In this document: piece by piece, positions 28,147 to 38,300 of the stretch
How positions within the stretch are numbered: position 1 is the first letter of the stretch
Layout: the number at the start of each line of letters is the position of its first letter
DNA from: a virus
Virus record (IMG/VR): IMGVR_UViG_3300024289_000019
Coordinates: 1-64,000 of that record
DNA: 64,000 nt
Strand: one strand, 5' to 3'
Program-made: the position numbers and the translations under genes
The notes under the pieces: generated by a model
The model's database searches: none
Told to the model about the DNA's origin: nothing
What the model saw: the letters and a program-made list of their open reading frames with translations, nothing else

Positions 28147-30134
28147 TGATTCAAATATCTTCATTAGAAGCAGTTAAGGACATTTTTAAAAAGAATTCTT
28201 CTATTAAAATGGGCGTGGGCGCAACCATGTCTATTAATGTTAATAGCATGGTTACATTTTCTGAAAGTTCAATAACTGGAACTCCATACCAAACCATAAA
28301 CGGACGTCAACCATTTAAAAAATTGTTTCCATTAGATACAATTGTTAGACCATATAGGCCCCAATTAGCAGGAATTAAATACGGAATTTCTGGTGATGTT
28401 GCTACTAAAACTTATGCAGATCCAAGATCAGTTGATTATAAGCCAGAATCTCAATCTGGAAATGTTGTTAAGTATAGAACTTATTATCCAGGAAATTCTG
28501 TATATTATAAGTATTGGTTAACTCCTCAAGGTGAAGCTGCCTCAATAAATATTACATATCCTAAAACGGTTTATGCAAATAAAGTTGTTGTCAAGTTTGA
28601 GATATCACATGCTAAACCATCAGCTTGGTCTTTAAATATTGGAGGCAAAACTGCAAGTGGTAGTTCTTTAGACATAGGATCTTTTACAAGCACATCTTAT
28701 GATGCTGGAGTTTTAACTCTTTATTATAATGGTACTTCCTGGTCAACAAATAAAAATGATTTAAATTTAAATCAATATCATTCGTTTACTTCGCTATCTT
28801 TAAATGCTACAAATCCTGGCGGTTATATTGGAGTTATTGAAGTAGCTCCACATATAGTTAGAGACTTAACTCCATATATAGTAGATTTTGATTTAAGAAA
28901 AGAGTCTAGTGCAAGCACAGAAGGACTTGTTCCAGTTGGAAACATTACTGCTAATTCTCTTTCTCTTAACCTAAATTGTTATAAAGATAAAGTTGAAGGA
29001 AACTCAATAACTTTTAAGTCCTACTTAAAAACAGATGTAATTGATTTAAACAATATGTATTTGTATAAAAATGCAGAAGTTGATTTATTTATTAAGGTTT
29101 ATGATTCTGCTGGAGAATCAGAAGATATTGCGGGCAAATATTATAAAGTTCCACAAGGACTATTCTATCTAGATTCTTGGGACATATCTGAATTTGGAGA
29201 TGTATCTTTAAACATGTTAGATTCTGCAAAGGTTCTTCAAGATACTTTATCCCCAGACCTTCTATGTGAAAACTATTCTTCCGTTGCAATTATTAGAAGA
29301 ATGTTAGATTCGGTTGGGTTTACTAAATACAATTTTAATTATGTTCAAAATGATAATTCAATCATATCTCCAAATTATTGGTGGTCAGATAGCACAGCAA
29401 CGGTATGGGAAAATCTTCAATCTTTATGTAGAGACTCTCAAATGAGTGCCTTTGTAGATGAATTTGGTGTGTTACAGTTCTATACAAGGGAATATCTATT
29501 TGGAACAAAGTCTTCTGTTTGGACATTTAGATATGATCCATTAAAAGATGCACAAAATAATATAACTGAACAGTCTAATATAATTCAATTAAGCAAAGTT
29601 GATTTACCATCTTCAAATCAAGTTAAGGTTGTTTACTACAGCACTGTAACATCCTCATACGAACAAAGTAGTGCTCCGCTGTGGTCTTCTGGAAATTCCT
29701 GGCTTGCCGCCGCATCTCTTAGCGAAAATCTTTTATCCAATGAGGTTCCTACAGAAAACAATAAAGTTTATTTATCTTTAACTCCAATCACTATAAATAC
29801 TTTATCTCAAGAACAAATTGTATACAGCTTTGCTGGACATTTCCTATTGGGATCAGAAATAATAGAATACGATGCAATTGAGTATCAGTATACAGATATT
29901 TCAACTGGAAGTTCTGTAAAGGTTGATGTTACTGGAGAATCAGATTTGTTAAAATATAGAGGCAAGGCTTTAATAATTCAACAAGGTCCAAAGATGTCGA
30001 CAACATTTATTCCTAGTGGTAGATATAGAATTAAAAAAAGAGGAGCCTTTGGAACTACCCCACAAAATCATTTAGTTAATGCTCAAAATGAAATTTCTGG
30101 GTGGAATGGAAAAGTAGGGGCGGTGTGGAAGTAA
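28146..30134 (+). CDS. minor tail/baseplate hub protein (N-part)
   Basis: VWENLQSLCRDSQMSAFVDEFGVLQFY; TAATG coupling. Confidence 0.65.
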   Translation: MIQISSLEAVKDIFKKNSSIKMGVGATMSINVNSMVTFSESSITGTPYQTINGRQPFKKLFPLDTIVRPYRPQLAGIKYGISGDVATKTYADPRSVDYKPESQSGNVVKYRTYYPGNSVYYKYWLTPQGEAASINITYPKTVYANKVVVKFEISHAKPSAWSLNIGGKTASGSSLDIGSFTSTSYDAGVLTLYYNGTSWSTNKNDLNLNQYHSFTSLSLNATNPGGYIGVIEVAPHIVRDLTPYIVDFDLRKESSASTEGLVPVGNITANSLSLNLNCYKDKVEGNSITFKSYLKTDVIDLNNMYLYKNAEVDLFIKVYDSAGESEDIAGKYYKVPQGLFYLDSWDISEFGDVSLNMLDSAKVLQDTLSPDLLCENYSSVAIIRRMLDSVGFTKYNFNYVQNDNSIISPNYWWSDSTATVWENLQSLCRDSQMSAFVDEFGVLQFYTREYLFGTKSSVWTFRYDPLKDAQNNITEQSNIIQLSKVDLPSSNQVKVVYYSTVTSSYEQSSAPLWSSGNSWLAAASLSENLLSNEVPTENNKVYLSLTPITINTLSQEQIVYSFAGHFLLGSEIIEYDAIEYQYTDISTGSSVKVDVTGESDLLKYRGKALIIQQGPKMSTTFIPSGRYRIKKRGAFGTTPQNHLVNAQNEISGWNGKVGAVWK

Positions 30135-31571
30135 ATGTTGCCACCAGAGGATAGAGAGCCAGGTACACAGCCAAATGGACTTCCGTGGCCTTCAGGATCA
30201 CCACAAGCAGAGGCTGCAGGTTCTGCTGGAAATGATTCGCTTAAAGCAATTGGAGTTGTAGACGCAAGTAATGAAAAGTATGACGGTGTAGAAGTTTTAT
30301 CGTATACTTTAAACAAAGAATTTACAGTTGAAAAGTCTTTGTTGACAATAAATACTGACCAAAGCGACAATACAGTTTCAATTATTAGCAAAGATTCTGG
30401 AATGTCAACAACGGGATCATACTATGCTTTTGGAACCACCATGTTTTTTAAACCAACATTAGAAGATTTAAAGCAAAATGCTGGCATAGGATTCTTTTTG
30501 TCTGGGGAAGGTTCTACTGGATACTATGTTCAAATTAGAACCACTTCAACAGCAGCTGCTCAGGGTGGTAATGAGTTTAAATTTTTAAAAATTAAAAATG
30601 GAAATATGACAGCCTTAGAAGATTCTCAAGGAGTTTCTGATGCAGCTAAATTAACTGCTGTTTATTCTGGGTCATCATATAAAATTGATGTTTATGTAAA
30701 AGTTTCCGCAAATAGAGTAGACTTAATTGGATATGTAAATGGATTTAAAATTACAGCATCTGACACTGGAACAAAATATGGTAACACAACAACTCCAAAA
30801 CTTTCAACAACAAGTAATATTGGACTGTATGCAAGAAGAGGTACCGTAGCTTTTGACTATGTATATGCAATTCCAATTACTAAAGACCAATACGATAGCG
30901 CTGAACTTTTTAATGTTTATAAAAGACAGTTTGCTAATACTGCCGTAACCACTTCTTATGGAGATGTTTTTATATCTGGATTGGAAAAGGTAGAACAAAA
31001 TTCAAATGGATACATAGAAGAATTTGGTCCAGTTGCTAGAGAAATAAGAAGCATTAAAATTAGATATGATGCTGCACCAGCATATCCAAAGTATCCAACT
31101 ACTGGAGTTAATCAGGCAGTTTCAATTGTTGCTTCTAATCTATCTACGTTTACTGGAGAGGTTTATGTGTTAAATAATGCGGGAACTTATATTCCGTTAG
31201 ATGATTCAGCAGGAACATCTTTTGCAATTATTGGTAACAGCGTTATTCAGTCAAGCCCTTTAACCTATACAGAAGATCCAACAGACCCATACTCTCCAAC
31301 AGAACCAGTTTCCTTTGATTCTCAATGGATACAAAGAGCTGATGACGCTAAAAATCTTTATGATTGGATTGTAAATCAATGGAAAAATAAACAAATGGTT
31401 ATTAAAGTAGATACATTCGCAAACCCTTTAATTTCAGTAGGAGATGTTATATCTGCAAAACACGAATACCTTGGAGTTACAGATAATATAAAATTTGTTG
31501 TTACAAACGTTAATCAATCTTGGGGGGATGGACTAAGTACTCAAATAGTCGCTAGATCAATTTATAGTTGA
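30135..31571 (+). CDS. minor tail protein (hub C-part-like)
   Basis: EEFGPVARE, FDSQWIQ, FANPLISVGDVI; same frame as the previous gene, TAA-ATG abutting. Confidence 0.6.
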   Translation: MLPPEDREPGTQPNGLPWPSGSPQAEAAGSAGNDSLKAIGVVDASNEKYDGVEVLSYTLNKEFTVEKSLLTINTDQSDNTVSIISKDSGMSTTGSYYAFGTTMFFKPTLEDLKQNAGIGFFLSGEGSTGYYVQIRTTSTAAAQGGNEFKFLKIKNGNMTALEDSQGVSDAAKLTAVYSGSSYKIDVYVKVSANRVDLIGYVNGFKITASDTGTKYGNTTTPKLSTTSNIGLYARRGTVAFDYVYAIPITKDQYDSAELFNVYKRQFANTAVTTSYGDVFISGLEKVEQNSNGYIEEFGPVAREIRSIKIRYDAAPAYPKYPTTGVNQAVSIVASNLSTFTGEVYVLNNAGTYIPLDDSAGTSFAIIGNSVIQSSPLTYTEDPTDPYSPTEPVSFDSQWIQRADDAKNLYDWIVNQWKNKQMVIKVDTFANPLISVGDVISAKHEYLGVTDNIKFVVTNVNQSWGDGLSTQIVARSIYS

Positions 31572-31591
31572 CCAAATGGTATAATAAAAAA

Positions 31592-32056
31592 ATGGCAAAA
31601 GATAATATTGCAACGAATGAAGTTAGTAAAAATGCTCCTATATTTTTAGCTGTTGGACAATACGAGCTTGCAGACCTAGATCCTTTATTTGCTAGAATTC
31701 TAGGTTCTGGTAAATTTAGTGGCTATGGAGCCGCAGGACTTTTTGGTTCTGGAGATGGTTTAGGTAATTGGGGAGGCAGCAGTGGAACTGGTACGGGAAC
31801 TGGAACGGGAACTGGTACGGGAACTGGAACGGGTCCTGGAGGAACATTAACTGTCCCACAAGGTCCAGGCAAACCATTCTTTCCAGAAGTTACTTTAACA
31901 TTTGATTACCCAGCTCCAGATTTATCAAGCATTGAAATTTATAAACAAGAAATGAATTATAGTACAAATCCGCCAACAGTAGATATTACTTTTAGAGTAA
32001 GAAATACAACTGGGTATCCAGTGGTTGGTTTAAATGCAAAGGTGCCAAAACAATGA
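31592..32056 (+). CDS. tail protein with a Gly-Thr repeat linker
   Basis: ATG after TGGTATAAT; (GT)n tract. Confidence 0.55.
   Translation: MAKDNIATNEVSKNAPIFLAVGQYELADLDPLFARILGSGKFSGYGAAGLFGSGDGLGNWGGSSGTGTGTGTGTGTGTGTGPGGTLTVPQGPGKPFFPEVTLTFDYPAPDLSSIEIYKQEMNYSTNPPTVDITFRVRNTTGYPVVGLNAKVPKQ
31784..31831 (+). repeat. tandem repeat, 2 x 24 bp (GGAACTGGTACGGGAACTGGAACG), encoding Gly-Thr
   Basis: direct reading of the sequence. Confidence 0.9.
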
Positions 32057-32928
32057 TAACTAAATTTGGAAGAAGATTTATAGCTCAATACTTAGCTGGA
32101 CAAACATCTTTTCCAGCCCAAGATCTTGCGGTTGGGATAGATAGTACTCCTACAAATGTAAATGGAAACGATACAAGGCTTGGTTTTGAGTTTTATAGAA
32201 TTCCTATAACATTGGGAACAATTGATATTCAAACTGATCAAAATGGTAACAGCACATATGCGGTAGTTTATAAAACTACTTTGCCACAAGATGTTGCTGG
32301 CAAAATAAAAGAGATAGGATTGTATCCTTCTTCAAGATTATCAGTTAATAATTATGATAGCAAATTTATTTCAGATTTTGAAAACAATTTGCTTTGGACA
32401 GATTCAAATGGGAACAATCCAGAATTGGTTACAAGTCCATCGGCAAGAATTGGTGCTACTTTAGCTAAATGCAATGTTGTAAGTTCTCAAACAAGAGAAT
32501 TTATAACAAAAATTAATTCCTTAGATATGTCTGGATACAGCGCAAATGACACGCTTACATTTGCATTAAATCAATCAGACATAAATTTAAATTCAATAAA
32601 GATTAAATTTTATAGCTCAGATACATCCTATTCCTACATTAACTTTACTTCATTGTCTGGAACTGGAGAAAAAATCTTATCAGCTAATTTGTCTCAAATT
32701 CAAACATTTGGAAGCCCAGATGTTTCATCAATAAACAAAGTTGGTGTAGAAGTGGTTGCAAAAAATACTGGAGATACCGTAGTTTATTTTGATGGAATAC
32801 GAATAAATGATGAAGACACATTTGATCCTAGATTTGGCCTAATTGCTCGTTCTGTTTTAAGCGAAACATTAGACAAAAAAGCTGGAAGGCCAGCTGATAT
32901 TGAATTTAGATTAGGAATTAATTTCTAA
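32053..32928 (+). CDS. tail/baseplate protein
   Basis: MITKFGRRFI, DTRLGFEFYRIP, IKEIGLY (fibre-base-like motif). Confidence 0.55.
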   Translation: MITKFGRRFIAQYLAGQTSFPAQDLAVGIDSTPTNVNGNDTRLGFEFYRIPITLGTIDIQTDQNGNSTYAVVYKTTLPQDVAGKIKEIGLYPSSRLSVNNYDSKFISDFENNLLWTDSNGNNPELVTSPSARIGATLAKCNVVSSQTREFITKINSLDMSGYSANDTLTFALNQSDINLNSIKIKFYSSDTSYSYINFTSLSGTGEKILSANLSQIQTFGSPDVSSINKVGVEVVAKNTGDTVVYFDGIRINDEDTFDPRFGLIARSVLSETLDKKAGRPADIEFRLGINF

Positions 32929-35300
32929 TGGCAGATCCAAATGTTCTAATTCCAGCAGATCTTAACTTTAATGGCTATCCAGATCCCAGCGATAAAAATT
33001 ATTGGGACGTAAAGATAACTGGATTAAAACCAAATACTGGCTACGGAATACAATTCCAATGGGTATTTGAAGGTGGAAAGCTTGGCCTTTGGTCTGCAAC
33101 AAGATATATTTTAACTAATGCAGTTCCAGCTCCAGGTGAACCAGAATTATCTTTAAGCAATGTTCAAGGTGGACAAGGTGTAATTAAAGTTACATGGAGT
33201 GGAAAAGATTCTGGTGGAAATACAATTCCAAATGTTAAACGTGTCAACATTCATATATCTGGCGGAAAGTTTGGGGATGGATCTACTCCAGCAGATTATT
33301 TTTTAGAGCCTGGAACCAAAATAATTGCAGCAGAAGCTGGCGTTTATATGGTTCAGTTAAAAGCTTTAGCTGCAGATGAAAAAACATATTCGGTATTTAG
33401 TCAAGTAAGAACAGTTACAGTTACTGGAACTTCTGTAATTGTAGAAACCCCAACTCTTCCAACTGGTCTATCCGTTTCTCAAAGTGCTTTTGCGGTTGCT
33501 GTTAACTGGGGAGGAACATATTCTGGAAATAATTTTGAAGGATTTAAATCAATAGATGTTCATGTAAGCGGATCCGATCTTGGAGCAACGACTACTTCTG
33601 GATTTAGTGCATCAACTCAAGTAGCAACGTTAACTGTTAATTCAACTACAAACAGACAAAATGTTGGGCTAGATAATTTAAGAGTTGCTTTAGGCTTAGC
33701 TTCAAATAATGATGCTTATACTGCGCCAATGTTTTTTTATTACATTGCAAGAAACTCTAAAGACGAATTGTATAGTGTAAATGGAAATCCAACTTACACT
33801 AGAATAAACTCTACTTCAGTTAATCCTAAAAAAGCTAATTTAATAGATTTAGAAAACGGATTAATATCTATTCAAAATCTTGTTGCTGGTAATGGCCAGT
33901 TTGCTTCTTGGCTACGTGCAGGCGGAGATGGCGGAGCAAGGATAGAATTAAGTGGAACAGATACAACAACTCCATCAGGATCAAGCTATCCAGTTAAAAA
34001 GGGTTTGGTTGCATATTCTACTGGCAATGTAGAAATATTTAATTTAGATATTGGAACTTCTCCAAAACTTACAATTAGGGGAGATGGGGAATTTAGCGGT
34101 AGCCTTGCAATTGGTGCTGGAAATAATATTTTTAAGGCTGAACCAAATGCTGGTTCAAGTGTAAGAGGAATTTGGCTCGGACACGCTGATTTTGGTTCTG
34201 CCCCATTTAGCGTTGCCAACACTGGAATTATAAAAGCAGAGTCTGGAACAGTAGGTGGACTTACTCTTTCAGCTCAATCAATTGGAAATACTGGAAATAC
34301 TTTTAAAATTGATAAAGACGGAATAATAACTTTAGGTGCAACTAGTGGAAATCATATAAGAATTGCTTCTGATGGAACTGAAGCTGGAATTTATCATAAA
34401 CTAAATAATAATACTGTTGGAAATTTTAAAATAACAACTTCAGGAACTATGCAATTAGGCAATGACATTGGAACTCAAAACTTTTTAACTTGGAATGGCA
34501 ACTCTTTAACCATGCGAGGAAATATTGAAATTATTGGTGGAGTTACAAAGCAAGCAATTGATGAAGCGGCTCAAAAAGCACAACAAGCAAAAGATGCACA
34601 AGAAGGTTTTGCAGGATCTCTTGCAGGACTATCGATTACTGTTAGCGGAAATACAAGTAGTATTGGTCAATTAAATACATTTAAAGAAGGTGTAGCGGAT
34701 CCAAATACAAACTATACCACTATTAATGGTGGTAAAATATCAACTGGAGTTATAGCTTCAAATGCACAACTTGGAGGTCTTCCGTATACAGCAATAGATT
34801 TAGATTCAGGAGACCTCTATCTTGCTGGAGGTGCATTAACATTTGATTCAAATCCATTAAATAATTCGTTTATTATGACAATTGGAAATATGAAAATTGG
34901 TAGAAATTTATTTCCTTCAAGTGGCACAAGTACTGAAGGTATATGGATTAATACTACAAATTATTGGCAAAGCGATGGAAAATTTGCTCTTGGGGATAAT
35001 ATACTTTCATTTGGCGGAGGAACAGCTGTAAGAGGGAATCCTCTTTTTATTAATAGTGGATATATAAGATTTACTAATTTTACTAATTCTATTTTAGAAA
35101 GTGATGGAAATAATTATGCTGGAGATAATACTGTAGTATTAAATACCAGTGGAGAATTAACTAGAGGTAGAGCTTTTTATTATGGATCTACAACAACTCC
35201 AACATCTGCAAATACTTCAAGACAGGTCTACGATTCCTATACTGGAGGTTATGTAAGTGTAGCTTTTAGGGCAGGAGATATATGGATGACGGTGGATTAA
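32928..35300 (+). CDS. tail fibre protein with FN3-like domains
   Basis: ITGLKPNTGY FN3-like start; GIWLG...APFSV...G fibre motifs. Confidence 0.65.
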   Translation: MADPNVLIPADLNFNGYPDPSDKNYWDVKITGLKPNTGYGIQFQWVFEGGKLGLWSATRYILTNAVPAPGEPELSLSNVQGGQGVIKVTWSGKDSGGNTIPNVKRVNIHISGGKFGDGSTPADYFLEPGTKIIAAEAGVYMVQLKALAADEKTYSVFSQVRTVTVTGTSVIVETPTLPTGLSVSQSAFAVAVNWGGTYSGNNFEGFKSIDVHVSGSDLGATTTSGFSASTQVATLTVNSTTNRQNVGLDNLRVALGLASNNDAYTAPMFFYYIARNSKDELYSVNGNPTYTRINSTSVNPKKANLIDLENGLISIQNLVAGNGQFASWLRAGGDGGARIELSGTDTTTPSGSSYPVKKGLVAYSTGNVEIFNLDIGTSPKLTIRGDGEFSGSLAIGAGNNIFKAEPNAGSSVRGIWLGHADFGSAPFSVANTGIIKAESGTVGGLTLSAQSIGNTGNTFKIDKDGIITLGATSGNHIRIASDGTEAGIYHKLNNNTVGNFKITTSGTMQLGNDIGTQNFLTWNGNSLTMRGNIEIIGGVTKQAIDEAAQKAQQAKDAQEGFAGSLAGLSITVSGNTSSIGQLNTFKEGVADPNTNYTTINGGKISTGVIASNAQLGGLPYTAIDLDSGDLYLAGGALTFDSNPLNNSFIMTIGNMKIGRNLFPSSGTSTEGIWINTTNYWQSDGKFALGDNILSFGGGTAVRGNPLFINSGYIRFTNFTNSILESDGNNYAGDNTVVLNTSGELTRGRAFYYGSTTTPTSANTSRQVYDSYTGGYVSVAFRAGDIWMTVD

Positions 35301-35301
35301 T

Positions 35302-38300
35302 ATGGGCATGTATAGAAAAACAGATCCAGACACAGCATCTGGTGCAGCCAGTAATTATACAGATTCTGGTAAAAATTGGAGAAAGCATTCAAATTTTTTT
35401 AGAAAAACAAATGATAATGAGACTGCATCTTTAACTGCAGTACCAGGAAGATATACAGATAATACTAGAACTTGGAGAAGAATAAATTCTTTATGGATGT
35501 ATAATTTTTGGTACGATTCATTATCTTGGGGATGGAAAAGAATACATTATAAAAATGCTAACGTACCATATGCAACAACTGCACCAACGCTTAGATACAA
35601 TTCTTATAATGGCAAAATAATAGATACTTATGAAACTGATGCGGTAGCATGGTGGGCATCAGATCCTTACCAGCCTCAATGGGCTCAAATGGGTCCAGGT
35701 CCAGCAGGAATTGGTCAAGATGTATGGTATTTAGACAGCAATGGTAATCAAGTTGGATCATCAACTCCAACATTTTTATGGGGAAAAGATGGGGTATGGT
35801 TTAATTCTTCTACTGCAACAACTGATGGAACAATTGTTTATAATAGCGAATTTGCTACGCCAGAACTTGCTGCATATTCTTATGATGACGAAGGAAACTA
35901 TAATGGCGACAAGTTAAGAAATTCTCAAGCGGTGCTAGAAGCATATGATAGATATTATATTTGGTACAAGGTAAGCAAAAGTCGTACAGTTGGAGGAAAT
36001 ACATTAACTGGACAAGCATTTAGTCAGGCGGTATATATTACCAGACAAGAACCTGTAGTAACATCTTTTGTAATGCAATCTCCAGAAACAGTTGCAGTAG
36101 GTACCGCAAAAACTGTAACATTTAATATTAGAAATGAATGGTGGAGAAAGGCAAGTCAAACACAATCATATATTGAGTGGCACGAACTTGATACACCTAC
36201 ACAAACTCCAACATACTCTACTTTAAAAAAATCAGATTTATTATATCTAACAACAATAACAACAGAAAATTCTACCTCTTTACAAGGATCGTACTCTTAC
36301 ACGCCAGTAGGCGTTGGTAAATACGTGCTTGCTAAACTTGTTGTAAAAAATAGTTATACAGATAAACCTCCAGTAACCGATATAGTTAGAACTCAAATAA
36401 CTTCTGTTGCAACTGCAGCAACAAGTGGTCCATTTACAATTAGTGGTGTAACTAAAAATTATCCATCTTATGATTCCACTTATGGATACCAAAGATCTGT
36501 ATCTGTTAACATAGGTCAATCTGCAAATGCAACAAAATATGAAGTACAGATAGAAGGGCAATATCCGTTTGATGGTAGCGGGTATGGAGGAGGATCCTAT
36601 TCCACATGGACTGTTTTACAAAGTTATGCTAGTGCTCCTTATGTAAACGAGTCTAGTCGTTCTGGAGGAATATTAACATATTCAAAAAATGTTGCAGATT
36701 ATCAATTTTATAGGGTTACAGTAAGAGCAAGTGTTGACGGAAATAGTGCTACTTATGCATATAGTAATAATGGAACAAGTAGTACTCCATCTTATGTTTA
36801 TGCAGAAGGATTTGGCCCATCTACACCTTATATTTCAAACATAACCACCAGTTCTAATACAATTGGAACATACATTAATTTTGATGTAAGTTTATCAAGT
36901 GAGGGAAGTAATAGATTATCTTATTGGCAATACTCAATGGATGGCGGATATAGCTGGAATACCCCAAGCGGTTATGATTACATAGCGTTTAATGGAGCAA
37001 GGTTTTATGTGTCTTCTGGAACATATTATTCTTTTATGATTAGGGCAAATAATATGGATGGATTTACATCTTCATCTAGTAATCAGCTTTCAATAACATC
37101 TTTTCAAAAACCAGGAGACCCTACAAATGTTGTTTTCCATACGTACAACAATTATGAAGGAACAATATACTTTACGACTGGAAGTAATACTCAATCAGTT
37201 CAGTACTATTTAGATTATGAATCTGGACTACAATATGAAAGCAAAGATACTTATATAAATATTGGTTCTAACGATTATGGAAGTATGACAATTTCTGGAA
37301 TGTCTTCTCTTAGCAGATCTTATACGCCGTACCTTCTTGCTTATTCTGGTACAAATAAAACTGGTGGACAAGGAAACTCTTTATCATATTCACCTAGATC
37401 TTTAAATGGTACAAATAAACCAACGGCAACTTTTAGTGGTACTCCTACAGTTTCTAATCAAAGGACCGTAACAGCTTCTTGGACGGGCGGAGGAGCAGCA
37501 AACGAATATTATGTTCAGCTTTATGATTACTATGGAGGTTATGTTGTAGCCTCAACAACCACAACTTCAACTTCAGCATCTTTTGGACCATCAGATGGAA
37601 CCGATTATGCAAAAACATATTATTTCTTTATTACGCCAAGATATAGATATGCTGGAAGCATTTATACTGATGGACAACCAGCGGCGTCTAGTAACGTTAC
37701 AACATATGCAAATTTGACTGCTCCCACAATTACTGATGTTCAAACATCTGATGGTAATAATTGGACAATTACTGTAAGTGGTGGAGGGCCATACTATCAA
37801 GTTTATTGGTTATCATCAACCCCTGGCCCATCAAATACACTAACCAATTATGATGCCGCAAGTACATCTACTACAATTTCTGAAACTTATTCAACTACAG
37901 GAAGCGTTTATTGGTGGGCCAGATCTTCTACAGAAAATAGAGGAAATACAACAACTAGTGGTAATGCAACAATTGGAACATTTTCAGACTGGTCTTCATA
38001 TTATTTGGCGCATCAAGTTACGTATAATTATAATGGCGGGTCTGGAAGTACTTCTAGAGCAACAGTAAAAGATTCAACATACACACAATTACCAACCCCA
38101 AATAATAGATCAGGATATACATTTAATGGCTGGTATACAGCATCTTCAGGAGGCACCTATCTTGGAGGAAGTGGAAGTTATGTATATATAACTTCAACCC
38201 AAACAATATATGCCCAATGGACTTTAAACCTTTCTTCTCCAACAATTTCAAGTGTTACTTTTAATTCATCTAATAATACATGGACTGTTAATTATTCTGG

